From: Acidimicrobiales bacterium
Lineage (GTDB): Bacteria > Actinomycetota > Acidimicrobiia > Acidimicrobiales > SZUA-35
Direction of reading: 5' to 3'
DNA: 64,000 nt
Assembly (NCBI GenBank): GCA_037968895.1
Contig: JBBKWJ010000175.1
Span: 1,166 to 65,165 of the forward strand
A program made the translations under genes and the position numbers. This document shows, piece after piece, positions 1 to 8,748 of this stretch. The notes beneath the pieces were generated by a model. It was not told where the DNA came from, searched no databases, and was given only the letters and a program-made list of their open reading frames with translations. Numbering within the stretch: position 1 is the first letter of the stretch; each line of letters opens with the position of its first letter.

Positions 1-173
1 GACGTGTCTATGCCAGGGCTCTTGGCTTCGTCGCCAACCTGGTATGCGGTCACAAACCAGGCTCCATCAATACTGACCGTCGTGACCTCGTCGATTGGTG
101 ACGCCGTTTCTTCGCCGCACGCGGCGAGCAATACGGTGAGGCTCAGCATGGCAAGGAGAGGTTGGAATCGCAC
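1..173 (-). CDS. Lipoprotein, N-terminal part only (runs off window edge); possibly META/HslJ-like
   Basis: Manual translation from GTG at 173: MRFQPLLAMLSLTVLLAACGEETASPIDEVTTVSIDGAWFVTAY..., lipobox LAAC; TAACGT -10 hexamer 6 nt upstream of the start. Confidence 0.65.
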   Translation of the reverse strand, partial: MRFQPLLAMLSLTVLLAACGEETASPIDEVTTVSIDGAWFVTAYQVGDEAKSPGIDT

Positions 174-264
174 CAGACGACGTTACCCGCTGCCCGTCGC
201 TGGTCGGCGCACATCAGGCCAGGGCCGAGGGACGAGACGTTGAGATCGTGGCATCATGCATGGC

Positions 265-1878
265 ATGGCAGAAGCGAATATTGGGCAGGTTGAAGAAGGA
301 CAGATGCGAGCAGTGTCAGTCGGCGACGAGAGACTGGTCGTTATACGCACATCGAAAGGTGTCTTTGCGCTCGACAACGCGTGTCCTCACGAGGGCTACG
401 GCCTCGCAACGGGCGATCTCGCCATCGACGAATCCGGTGAGCCAATAATTACTTGCCAATGGCACAACTGGAAGTTCAATGCCACAGATGGCACATGTCT
501 CAGGGGAGAGGAATCTGTCCGCAGCCACGCAGTGAGCGTCGATTCCAATAACGACGTATCGATTACCGTTGAGAAGACGCCGCTCAACGAAGTGCAGGCT
601 GCGCTGTGGAACAGTTTCCGAAGCGGCTTCGAAAAGAACTACGTCGGCCAGATGTCTCGCGACGCCTTCCGACTGATGCGAAGTGGAATTACGCAAGAGG
701 AGATTCTGTGGGAGGCGGTGAGGCTTAACGCGAAGGCCGAAGAGACCGGACCAGGGCACGCGATGGCGATGGCAGCCGATTGTCTTGCGCTGGCTCAACG
801 ACTTGAGGGTGACGACAGTTTCGTAGCGCTGGCCCAAGGTTTCGCAGGCTTGGCCGAACAGGTATTTGGCTACCCGCCCCGGCCGGTCCCGGCTGGCGAC
901 GCGTCGATTGATCTTTGCGTCGCGATTGAAGCCGAAGACATCGAGGGGGCCATGGCGTCGGTTGTTGGACAGCTTGAGTCTGGCGTCGATCTCGACTCAC
1001 TTCGAGCCCAGTTCATCGAAGCTGTTTCGGTTCACCACATTGGGTTCGGACACGGGGCGATCTACACGCAGAAGGCCTTTGAGCTTCTCGACATGGTCGG
1101 CTGGGAGAACGCGATCGATCTTCTCCCACACCTCGCAGCCGCCATCGCCTGGATGACCCGAGAAGATGTGCTGCCATACATGCGCAAAGAGATGAGGGTG
1201 ATCTCGGCGGTCGACCTCGATCAGTTCGCAGGCCAGAGTCTGGAGACCACCACAACGCCGGTTCGCGATGCTGTCGCCGTCAGCGCTCTCGCTAGTGAGA
1301 TTGTCGACTCGGCTGGCTCCATTACCGAGCGGCTGATCGCTGGTAGTGCTGACCTCGGTATCGAGGGTGTGCTCGACGCCCTGGCGATCGCTGCGTCGCA
1401 GCGTATGTTGCGCTACGACTCCGCAATCGAAGCAGACTCGGCCGCTAATTTTGGGTGGCTCGACATGACGCATGTGCTCACGTACACGTCCGCAATTCGA
1501 TGGGCGTGGCGTCATCACCCCGGCCCAGACGTCGCCCGATTGGTTCTATTTGCCGGGTGGTTCCTCGTCGATTCTGGTCGGGTTGAGCGAAGTCAGGCGG
1601 CGGATGGCCGTGTTGTTGTTGAGCGTTCCGCCGCAGCGCCCCCTGCCGATGAAATGGTGTCAACGGCGCTCCACGATGCCGCTGGCTCGTTCATCTACAC
1701 GGCTCATTTGGTCAAAACCATCGAAGCCGCCAGAATCGAATCAGCCGAGACTGGCTCCGACCTCCCACTGGTTGCCGCCCACGATTTGCTCACCGGTCCG
1801 CGACGGGAACGATTTGTCGCTGCCGGCGCCATTGAGGCCAAGCGTTTTGTCTCGACTGGCGTACCGCCCAAGCGCTAG
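265..1878 (+). CDS. Rieske [2Fe-2S] domain fused to a large uncharacterised His-containing helical domain
   Basis: Rieske ligands CPH...CQWH in first ~100 aa; C-terminal ~430 aa with recurring His motifs; start 256 or 265. Confidence 0.85.
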   Translation: MAEANIGQVEEGQMRAVSVGDERLVVIRTSKGVFALDNACPHEGYGLATGDLAIDESGEPIITCQWHNWKFNATDGTCLRGEESVRSHAVSVDSNNDVSITVEKTPLNEVQAALWNSFRSGFEKNYVGQMSRDAFRLMRSGITQEEILWEAVRLNAKAEETGPGHAMAMAADCLALAQRLEGDDSFVALAQGFAGLAEQVFGYPPRPVPAGDASIDLCVAIEAEDIEGAMASVVGQLESGVDLDSLRAQFIEAVSVHHIGFGHGAIYTQKAFELLDMVGWENAIDLLPHLAAAIAWMTREDVLPYMRKEMRVISAVDLDQFAGQSLETTTTPVRDAVAVSALASEIVDSAGSITERLIAGSADLGIEGVLDALAIAASQRMLRYDSAIEADSAANFGWLDMTHVLTYTSAIRWAWRHHPGPDVARLVLFAGWFLVDSGRVERSQAADGRVVVERSAAAPPADEMVSTALHDAAGSFIYTAHLVKTIEAARIESAETGSDLPLVAAHDLLTGPRRERFVAAGAIEAKRFVSTGVPPKR

Positions 1879-1899
1879 ACCAGCTTCTGCGACTCTGAG

Positions 1900-1928
1900 T
1901 CGACCCGATTCAACAAATTGTTTATACT
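1900..1928 (+). promoter_or_regulatory. Sigma70-type promoter of operon A with embedded palindromic operator
   Basis: TCGACC(1900-1905)-N17-TATACT(1923-1928); TTCAACAAATTGTTTAT at 1909-1925. Confidence 0.6.
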
Positions 1929-1959
1929 GACCGCCGGGTTCTCGACTCATAGGGTGGTC

Positions 1960-2526
1960 ATGTCCAACTTCGTTCATATCGCATTGCCTGACTGGCTGCC
2001 CGGCGAGGTCGCCGCGGCCCCCGCGTTAGAAACCGATGAAGCAAAAATGAAGTTTGCGCTCCGACTCGCGCAACGCAACGTCGACTCAGACGGCGGCCCG
2101 TTTGCTGCCACGATCGTTGACGAGGCGGGTGCCATTGTTGCCGCCGGTGTCAACCGTGTAGTCCCGTCCTCGATACCGATCGCTCATGCCGAGATTGTTG
2201 CCATCGCGGCCGCTGGTCAAGCACTCGGCACTTGGGACCTCTCCTCGAGGGGCTCGTACACTCTCGTGACGACGACAGAGCCATGCGCGATGTGTCTCGG
2301 CGCAATCCCATGGGCCGGTGTGAAGCGACTCGTAATCGGCGCTCGCGATGCCGATGCCAGGGCTGCCGGGTTCGATGAAGGCAACAAGCCAGCCGACTGG
2401 GTCGAACACCTTGCCACGATCGGGGTCTCAGTTACGCGAGACGTCTGTCGCGATGAGGCAGCGCGGGTATTGTCGAGCTACGCCGAGAGCGGCGGACCGA
2501 TCTACAACGGAGCGCAAGATGCATGA
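1960..2526 (+). CDS. Zn-dependent nucleoside/nucleobase deaminase (guanine deaminase-like, cytidine deaminase fold)
   Basis: GGPF, HAE and EPCAMC motifs; first gene of an XDH operon. Confidence 0.85.
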   Translation: MSNFVHIALPDWLPGEVAAAPALETDEAKMKFALRLAQRNVDSDGGPFAATIVDEAGAIVAAGVNRVVPSSIPIAHAEIVAIAAAGQALGTWDLSSRGSYTLVTTTEPCAMCLGAIPWAGVKRLVIGARDADARAAGFDEGNKPADWVEHLATIGVSVTRDVCRDEAARVLSSYAESGGPIYNGAQDA

Positions 2527-3928
2527 CGTTCAGCTGCCGGCCATTGCCGTGCCGCGCTATGTCGCCCCCGAATCTCTAGAAGATGCGTTGACCCTGCTCA
2601 GCGAGTTTGGCAGTCGGGCACGAATCATTGCTGGTGGCACCGATCTCTTGCTTGAACTGGATCGGCGAGTGCGGACCGACGTCGATGTACTTCTCGACCT
2701 CACCCGAATCGAGGGGCTCGACGTAATCCTTCACGATGGCCGCCGTCTCCACATCGGCCCGACCGCTACCCACAACCAGTGCGTCGCCAATCGTGATGTG
2801 GTCAAGTACGCCCTACCACTCGCTCAGGCGTGCATCGAGGTCGCTTCGCCTGCGCTCCGAAACCGGGCGACCGTGGTCGGCAACATCGTCACCGCGAGCC
2901 CAGCCAACGACACCATTAGCGCATTGAATGTGCTCGACTGCGAGGTCACGCTGATGTCGACTCGCGGTCGCCGCACAATCAAGCTCGCCGACTTCCACAC
3001 AGGTGTTCGCAAGACCTTGATGGAACCAGATGAGCTCGTCACGGGGATCTCAATCGAGCCGGTTCCCGATGATGCGAGGGCAGTGTTCCTGAAGCTCGGC
3101 CTCCGCAAAGCCCAGGCCATCTCTGTCGTCCACCTCGCTGCGTGGTGTCGATTTGATGGCAACAAGGTCACCGAAGCTCGCATCGCCCTCGGCAGCGTGG
3201 CGCCGACGATCGTCCGACTTCCCGAGGTCGAGGCCTATCTCGTTGGCAAGGCGCTGGACGACAGCACCGTGGCCGAGGCGAGCGCTCAAGCTCGGACATC
3301 CGTTCGACCAATTGACGACCTGCGGGCCGACGCCGAATATCGGTCTGAACAGGTCGCCTTTATGGTTGCGCGTGCGTTGCGGGCTCTTGGGGCTAACGAG
3401 CAAGCCTCTGCGTTCCCCGTTGATCCACCGTTCCTTGGCGGTCCCGTCGTGACGTCTTCGCTCGCCGCGCTAGACCACTCCGACGGCGATCCTGTGGCAG
3501 CAACGGTCAACGGAATTGATGTGGTCCGCCCGGCGCAGGCAAGCGAGACCCTTCTCGATTGGCTGCGCGAAGCGGTCGGTCTTACTGGGACGAAGGAGGG
3601 CTGCGCCGAGGGCGAGTGTGGGGCCTGCACGGTGCATCTGGATGGAACCTCGGTGCTCAGCTGTCTGGTTCCTGCAGCCCGAGTCGCGGGGTGTTCGGTG
3701 GTCACAATCGAAGGACTGGCAGCGTCAGCCGAGAAGCTCCATCCATTGCAGGAGTCGTTTATTGAGCATGCCGCCGTGCAATGCGGCTACTGCATTCCTG
3801 GCTTCATCATGGCGGGGGCCTCACTGCAATCTGAATACCCCGCCCCAACTCGTGAGCAACTGCAGGTCGGTCTCTCGGGCAATCTTTGCCGATGCACTGG
3901 GTACGTCAAGATTGAGGAGGCGTTCTGA
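2519..3928 (+). CDS. Xanthine dehydrogenase family FAD-binding subunit fused to (2Fe-2S) subunit
   Basis: AGGTDL, RNRATVVGN, ASPAND FAD motifs, then GCAEGECGAC, QCGYC, CRCTGY clusters; ATG 2519 overlaps upstream gene end. Confidence 0.92.
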   Translation: MHDVQLPAIAVPRYVAPESLEDALTLLSEFGSRARIIAGGTDLLLELDRRVRTDVDVLLDLTRIEGLDVILHDGRRLHIGPTATHNQCVANRDVVKYALPLAQACIEVASPALRNRATVVGNIVTASPANDTISALNVLDCEVTLMSTRGRRTIKLADFHTGVRKTLMEPDELVTGISIEPVPDDARAVFLKLGLRKAQAISVVHLAAWCRFDGNKVTEARIALGSVAPTIVRLPEVEAYLVGKALDDSTVAEASAQARTSVRPIDDLRADAEYRSEQVAFMVARALRALGANEQASAFPVDPPFLGGPVVTSSLAALDHSDGDPVAATVNGIDVVRPAQASETLLDWLREAVGLTGTKEGCAEGECGACTVHLDGTSVLSCLVPAARVAGCSVVTIEGLAASAEKLHPLQESFIEHAAVQCGYCIPGFIMAGASLQSEYPAPTREQLQVGLSGNLCRCTGYVKIEEAF

Positions 3929-6168
3929 TGTCGCTCGGCGTATCAACTAAGCGACCAGATGCCGCGGGCAAGGTCACCGGTAGTGCGGAGTACGCGGGAG
4001 ACAAGTTTCCTGAGGGAGTGCTGCACGGGCTGGTGGTCTTCACCGATCAGCCGCACGCACGAATTGCTCGGCTCGACACTTCGAAGGCCGAGGCTCTACC
4101 TGGCGTGCACCTCGTCCTCACCTCGAAAGATGTGCCGGTCAACGAATACGGCCTCACGATGTTCGACCAACCGGTGCTCATCGGGCCCGAGTCGAGCGGC
4201 GCAAGTCGCGTGCCGCACGATGTCTCTCGCTGGGAGGCCGATCATCTTGCGTTTGTCGTTGCCGACACCGAGGAGATCGCGACCCAGGCCGCTCAACTGA
4301 TCGAGGCCGATTGGGAACAACTAGGTGTCATCGCCGACATCGACGCCGCAATGGCGCCTGGTGCAACCATGATCCACCCTGAGAACGGGCTCGATACCAA
4401 CGCCTACTACCACATCGTTATTCGCAAGGGCGACGTCGCTGCTGCGTTCGAATCTGCCGCTGTGGTAATCGAGGGTACGTACGAGTTGCCATACCAGGAG
4501 CACGCCTATCTCCAACCAGAAGCCGGACTTAGCTACATCGATGAAGCCGGTCGCCCAACGGTAGAGATCGCGGGTCAATGGACCCACGAAGATCAAGAGC
4601 AGATCGCTCATGCCCTTGGCATGGCCCAGGACGACGTCAGAGTCATCTATCCCGCAATCGGCGGTGCGTTCGGCGGCCGCGAAGACATGAGCCTGCAGAT
4701 CGTCATGGCGCTGGCAACGACGCGACTCGCGGCGGCCGGAATCAATCGCCCGATCCGCAGCCAGTGGAGCCGCGAAGAGTCGATTGTTGGGCACCACAAG
4801 CGTCACCGAGGCCGCGTGACCACCCGCTGGGCCGCCGATGCCGACGGCAAGATCCTCGGGGTCGAAGCTGACGCTCACCTCGATGCGGGATCCTACAACT
4901 ACACGTCAAACAAAGTCCTTGGCAACCTCCACTTAACGGTGGCGGGATCCTACGAGGTGCCAGCCGCTCGCATTGATAGTTATTGCGTCTATACGACAAC
5001 TGTCCCTGGCGGCGCGTTCCGTGGATTCGGTGGGCCACAGGGCTGTTTCGTCGCTGAGATGCAGATGAATCGGCTTGCGGCCGAGCTCTCAATCGACCCG
5101 GTTGAGATTCGCCGCCGCAACACACTCCGCGAAGGTTCAATCGGCATCACGTCGACGCCTCTTCCTGCTGGGGTCAGCCTGCCTGAGGTCATCGAGGCCT
5201 GCGCCGACAGCGCTCAGTGGCATGAACCACTCGGGCCACCGAAGCCGATTGCCGCATACGCCTCGCTGCCCGCATCAACGGCTACATCTCGCCGAGGTCG
5301 CGGGTTCGCGTGCACATACAAAAACGTCGGCTTTTCATTTGGATTTCCCGAGCGCTCGAACGCCACAATCATTCTTCACGGCGATGATGAACCGTCGTCG
5401 GCCGAGGTCTTCTTGGCTGGCGCCGAAGTCGGTCAAGGGGCGCACACGGCCTTTGTCCAGATGACGGCGGAAGCAACGGGCGTTCCGTTCGACTCGATCA
5501 CTCCGACCTTTTCCGACACGGCAACCACCGCCGACTCCGGGTCAGCATCGGCCTCCCGTCTCTCGTGGATGACTGGAAATGCCATCCTTGGTGCGGCCGA
5601 GGAAGCACAGAAAGCGTGGCTCGACGGCGATCGGCCTGCGGTTGGTGCGTTCCGCTACACGCCACCGCCAACCGAGGCGCTCGACCCTGAGGGTGCGCCG
5701 ACTACACCGAATTTCTCATACGGCTATGTCGCTGAGGCCGTCGATCTTTCGGTCGATATCGAGACCGGCCATATCGTGGTGCACGACGTGGTGTGTGCGG
5801 TCGATGTTGGCCGAGTCATCAACCCGCAGTTGGTTACGGGCCAGGTCGAGGGGGCAATTGTGCAAGCCCACGGCTATGTATTGTCCGAGAATCTGATCGT
5901 TGAAGAGGGCCGTGTGCTCAATCCCCGGTTCAGTAGCTACCTGATTCCTGGCATTGGCGACGTCCCTGAGTCCATCAGATCCGTGCTCGTCGAACACCCA
6001 GACCCGCGAGGTCCGTTTGGTGTGAGAGGCATGGCCGAGATGCCACTCATGCCGTACGCACCAGCCATCGTCGCTGCGCTCCACGATGCCACCGGTGTCT
6101 GGTTCCACTCCTTCCCGCTCACTCCGTCAAGGGTGAGGTCTCAGCTACGAAAGAAGACACATGACTGA
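3928..6168 (+). CDS. Xanthine dehydrogenase family molybdopterin-binding subunit
   Basis: QEHAYLQPE, GGAFGG, AFRGFG, GQG, SASASR, RGMAE (catalytic Glu) motifs. Confidence 0.93.
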   Translation: MSLGVSTKRPDAAGKVTGSAEYAGDKFPEGVLHGLVVFTDQPHARIARLDTSKAEALPGVHLVLTSKDVPVNEYGLTMFDQPVLIGPESSGASRVPHDVSRWEADHLAFVVADTEEIATQAAQLIEADWEQLGVIADIDAAMAPGATMIHPENGLDTNAYYHIVIRKGDVAAAFESAAVVIEGTYELPYQEHAYLQPEAGLSYIDEAGRPTVEIAGQWTHEDQEQIAHALGMAQDDVRVIYPAIGGAFGGREDMSLQIVMALATTRLAAAGINRPIRSQWSREESIVGHHKRHRGRVTTRWAADADGKILGVEADAHLDAGSYNYTSNKVLGNLHLTVAGSYEVPAARIDSYCVYTTTVPGGAFRGFGGPQGCFVAEMQMNRLAAELSIDPVEIRRRNTLREGSIGITSTPLPAGVSLPEVIEACADSAQWHEPLGPPKPIAAYASLPASTATSRRGRGFACTYKNVGFSFGFPERSNATIILHGDDEPSSAEVFLAGAEVGQGAHTAFVQMTAEATGVPFDSITPTFSDTATTADSGSASASRLSWMTGNAILGAAEEAQKAWLDGDRPAVGAFRYTPPPTEALDPEGAPTTPNFSYGYVAEAVDLSVDIETGHIVVHDVVCAVDVGRVINPQLVTGQVEGAIVQAHGYVLSENLIVEEGRVLNPRFSSYLIPGIGDVPESIRSVLVEHPDPRGPFGVRGMAEMPLMPYAPAIVAALHDATGVWFHSFPLTPSRVRSQLRKKTHD

Positions 6169-7927
6169 TGTCGTAAGCAATGAAGAAGAGCCTCTCACGC
6201 CGCAGTCGCTTTCAGTGCTGCTTGACCGCATCACACGAGAGTGGAGTTCACGACAGCGCATCTTCGATCTCCCGACCGCCCGGTTCTACAACGTCGAGGA
6301 CGGACCCGATCTGAGCAGTGACTTCCTTGGTCGGCGCATTTCGACGCCGGTCGGCCCCGCTGCTGGTCCGCACACCCAACTCGCACAAAACATCGTCTTG
6401 GCCTGGCTGGGCGGTGGACGACTTTTTGAGCTGAAAACAGTTCAGGTGATCGACGATCTCGTCATCAATCGTCCCTGTATCGACATGGAGACGATTGGTT
6501 TCAACACGGAGTGGAGCCAGGAGCTAAAGGTTTCGCAGTCGCTCGAGGAATACGTGAAGGCATGGATGATGCTCGACATTCTTGCCAAGTGGGACCCGCT
6601 CACCGACTATCTGGGGTCTGACCCTGGCGACCACGTCTTCGATCTATCGGTTGGCTACGACCTTGAGGGGATCAAGACCGAGAAGGTCGCGGCCTTTATT
6701 CGCGGCATGAGAAACGCGACGCCAATCATCGATGCAATGCGGAAGGAGATGACGGGAGAGTGGGCCCAGTTCGCCGACCTTGACTTCAACCCCGATATGT
6801 CAGACACGCTGACACTGTCGACGTTCCATGGATGTCCTCCAGAACAGATCGAGCTCATCACGAAACATCTCATCGCCGATCATGACCTGAACGTGATCGT
6901 CAAGCTCAATCCGACCCTGCTCGGCTACGACCGAGTTGGTTCGATTCTCCATGACACGCTTGGCTTCACTGAGCTTCAGCTCGACCCAAAGGCGTTCGAC
7001 GCTGATCTCCAGTTTGAGCGTGGCATCGAGCTCATCGGCGATCTGCAACAGTTTGCAGCCGATCATGGCAAGGAATTCGGCATCAAGTTGACGAACACAA
7101 TGATCGTCAACAACCACAAGGGCTTTCTCGGCGACGACACGATGTACATGTCGGGCCCGCCGCTCCACGTACTTGCAATGACCGTCCTCTCCGAGCTCAA
7201 CCGGGCCCTGCCTGGTCAGCTTCGGGTCGATGGGCATTCGAAGAACACCGCTCCAATCCAAGTCAGCTGGTCAGCTGGTATCGACAAGACCAACGTGGCC
7301 GACACGCTTCGACTCGGCATCGTGCCGACGACAATCTGTTCCGATCTGCTGAAACCGGGCGGCTTCGGTCGGCTCGCCCCGCTGGTGAAGCAACTTGGCA
7401 AAGATGTTGTCGCCGCTGGCCACGACTCACTCGCATCGTTTGTGGCGGCCACCCAACCGGGCGCCGTCGATGCATACGTCGCCACCTTGTATGCACCTGA
7501 CACGAATAGTGCGTACACAAAAGAGGGCACGTCGAAGTTGCCTCGATCTGTCGATCACGACCTCGAGATGTGGGGCTGCGTTGCCTGCAACTTCTGTGTG
7601 ACGGTATGCCCTAACGACGCTTTTCTGAAGCTCCCCAGCCCTGAGAGCTGGGGGAATCGCTGGGAATACGTCGTGCTGGCCGAGTCGTGCAATGAGTGTG
7701 GCAATTGCATGGTGTTCTGTCCTGAAGACGGCGACCCGGCTCAAATCAAACCGAAGCTCTACCTGAACGAGCACCGGTTTGAGAACGCTGTTGGTCCCGC
7801 ATTTCTGATCGGCAAGGATGACAACCTGACGGTCATCAGGGCAGGCGATGCGGTCAAAGACCAGGTCGCCAATCTCACCGAAGTGCTGGCGGGCACGGAT
7901 GGGTTACCCATCCGACCGCACCAGTAG
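6161..7927 (+). CDS. YgfK-like protein: dihydroorotate-dehydrogenase-type barrel plus 2x[4Fe-4S] ferredoxin domain, without the NAD(P)H/FAD module
   Basis: GPAAGPHTQLAQNI, ELKTVQ, RPCID, FNTEWS, TLSTFHGCPPEQIE, VKLNPTLLGY, KLTNT, MYMSG; CVACNFCVTVCPN and CNECGNCMVFCP. Confidence 0.85.
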   Translation: MTDVVSNEEEPLTPQSLSVLLDRITREWSSRQRIFDLPTARFYNVEDGPDLSSDFLGRRISTPVGPAAGPHTQLAQNIVLAWLGGGRLFELKTVQVIDDLVINRPCIDMETIGFNTEWSQELKVSQSLEEYVKAWMMLDILAKWDPLTDYLGSDPGDHVFDLSVGYDLEGIKTEKVAAFIRGMRNATPIIDAMRKEMTGEWAQFADLDFNPDMSDTLTLSTFHGCPPEQIELITKHLIADHDLNVIVKLNPTLLGYDRVGSILHDTLGFTELQLDPKAFDADLQFERGIELIGDLQQFAADHGKEFGIKLTNTMIVNNHKGFLGDDTMYMSGPPLHVLAMTVLSELNRALPGQLRVDGHSKNTAPIQVSWSAGIDKTNVADTLRLGIVPTTICSDLLKPGGFGRLAPLVKQLGKDVVAAGHDSLASFVAATQPGAVDAYVATLYAPDTNSAYTKEGTSKLPRSVDHDLEMWGCVACNFCVTVCPNDAFLKLPSPESWGNRWEYVVLAESCNECGNCMVFCPEDGDPAQIKPKLYLNEHRFENAVGPAFLIGKDDNLTVIRAGDAVKDQVANLTEVLAGTDGLPIRPHQ

Positions 7928-7930
7928 CTT

Positions 7931-8650
7931 CTACTTGCTGCGGACTCGGCTGACCTTGACCCGCGAGGCCGTCAGTTGGACGAGTGCCAACAGGGCGATG
8001 CCGGCACCGAGTAATGCCAGCCCGCTTGATGCGATCATGTAGGTCGTTGATGTGCCGGTTACCGGAAGCGTCGCTGAGGGACCAGCGGGAGCCGGTGCGG
8101 TGGTCACTGGGCTGACCACGATGCTGGTGGTCGATTCCACGACCGTTGGGCCTGACGGCTCAGGGGCAGTGGTTGCCGTTGGCGCTGGGACGGTGGTTGG
8201 AACGTCGACAATCGTTGGGGGCAGTGAGATGGAGACTTGTTCGGCGCACTCGCTGAACGAGATGACGAAACCGCCACTCGATATGCCGTCGGAACCAAGA
8301 GTTATGGAGACAGTGATGGTGTCGCCGAGCACCATGACTTGCTCAATTTCGTGGCCCATGCTTGGGATATCTTCGACGTTCTCGACTGTGATTTTGGAGT
8401 CGCCCGAGACAATATGAAGGTCGTTGCCTGGATGAATGGAACCGTTGTTGACGGTGCTCGCTCGGCCGCTACAAACCCAACCAATATGCTCGGCAGGAAC
8501 GGCCTCGGTGGCGACAACGATGGTTTCGCCTGGTTCGCCTACGGTAATTCCTTCGACGGGGAACGAAATGACTTGCTGAGCGAGAGTCGCGGGACCCGTA
8601 ATTGCTACGAGCGCGAAGGCCGTGCTAGCGAGAGCAAAAAACTTCTTCAT
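7931..8650 (-). CDS. Sortase-anchored (LPXTG) cell-surface protein
   Basis: Signal peptide MKKFFALA..., Pro/Thr-rich stalk, LPVTG + hydrophobic segment + basic tail; GGAGG RBS upstream of ATG 8650. Confidence 0.85.
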   Translation of the reverse strand: MKKFFALASTAFALVAITGPATLAQQVISFPVEGITVGEPGETIVVATEAVPAEHIGWVCSGRASTVNNGSIHPGNDLHIVSGDSKITVENVEDIPSMGHEIEQVMVLGDTITVSITLGSDGISSGGFVISFSECAEQVSISLPPTIVDVPTTVPAPTATTAPEPSGPTVVESTTSIVVSPVTTAPAPAGPSATLPVTGTSTTYMIASSGLALLGAGIALLALVQLTASRVKVSRVRSK

Positions 8651-8748
8651 CGGTTCCTCCACCGGATACACCTGTGGTGACAGGTTGGCCACTGCCCGTG
8701 ACACAAGTGATCAGACTAGCAAGTTGTGCTGCGCTTCGTTTGCATCCC

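Noticed and set aside
6614-6624. GGGTCTGACCC inside the YgfK-like gene
   Set aside because: Only the 11-bp core is present, with no extended arms or termini; could be chance in GC-rich DNA.
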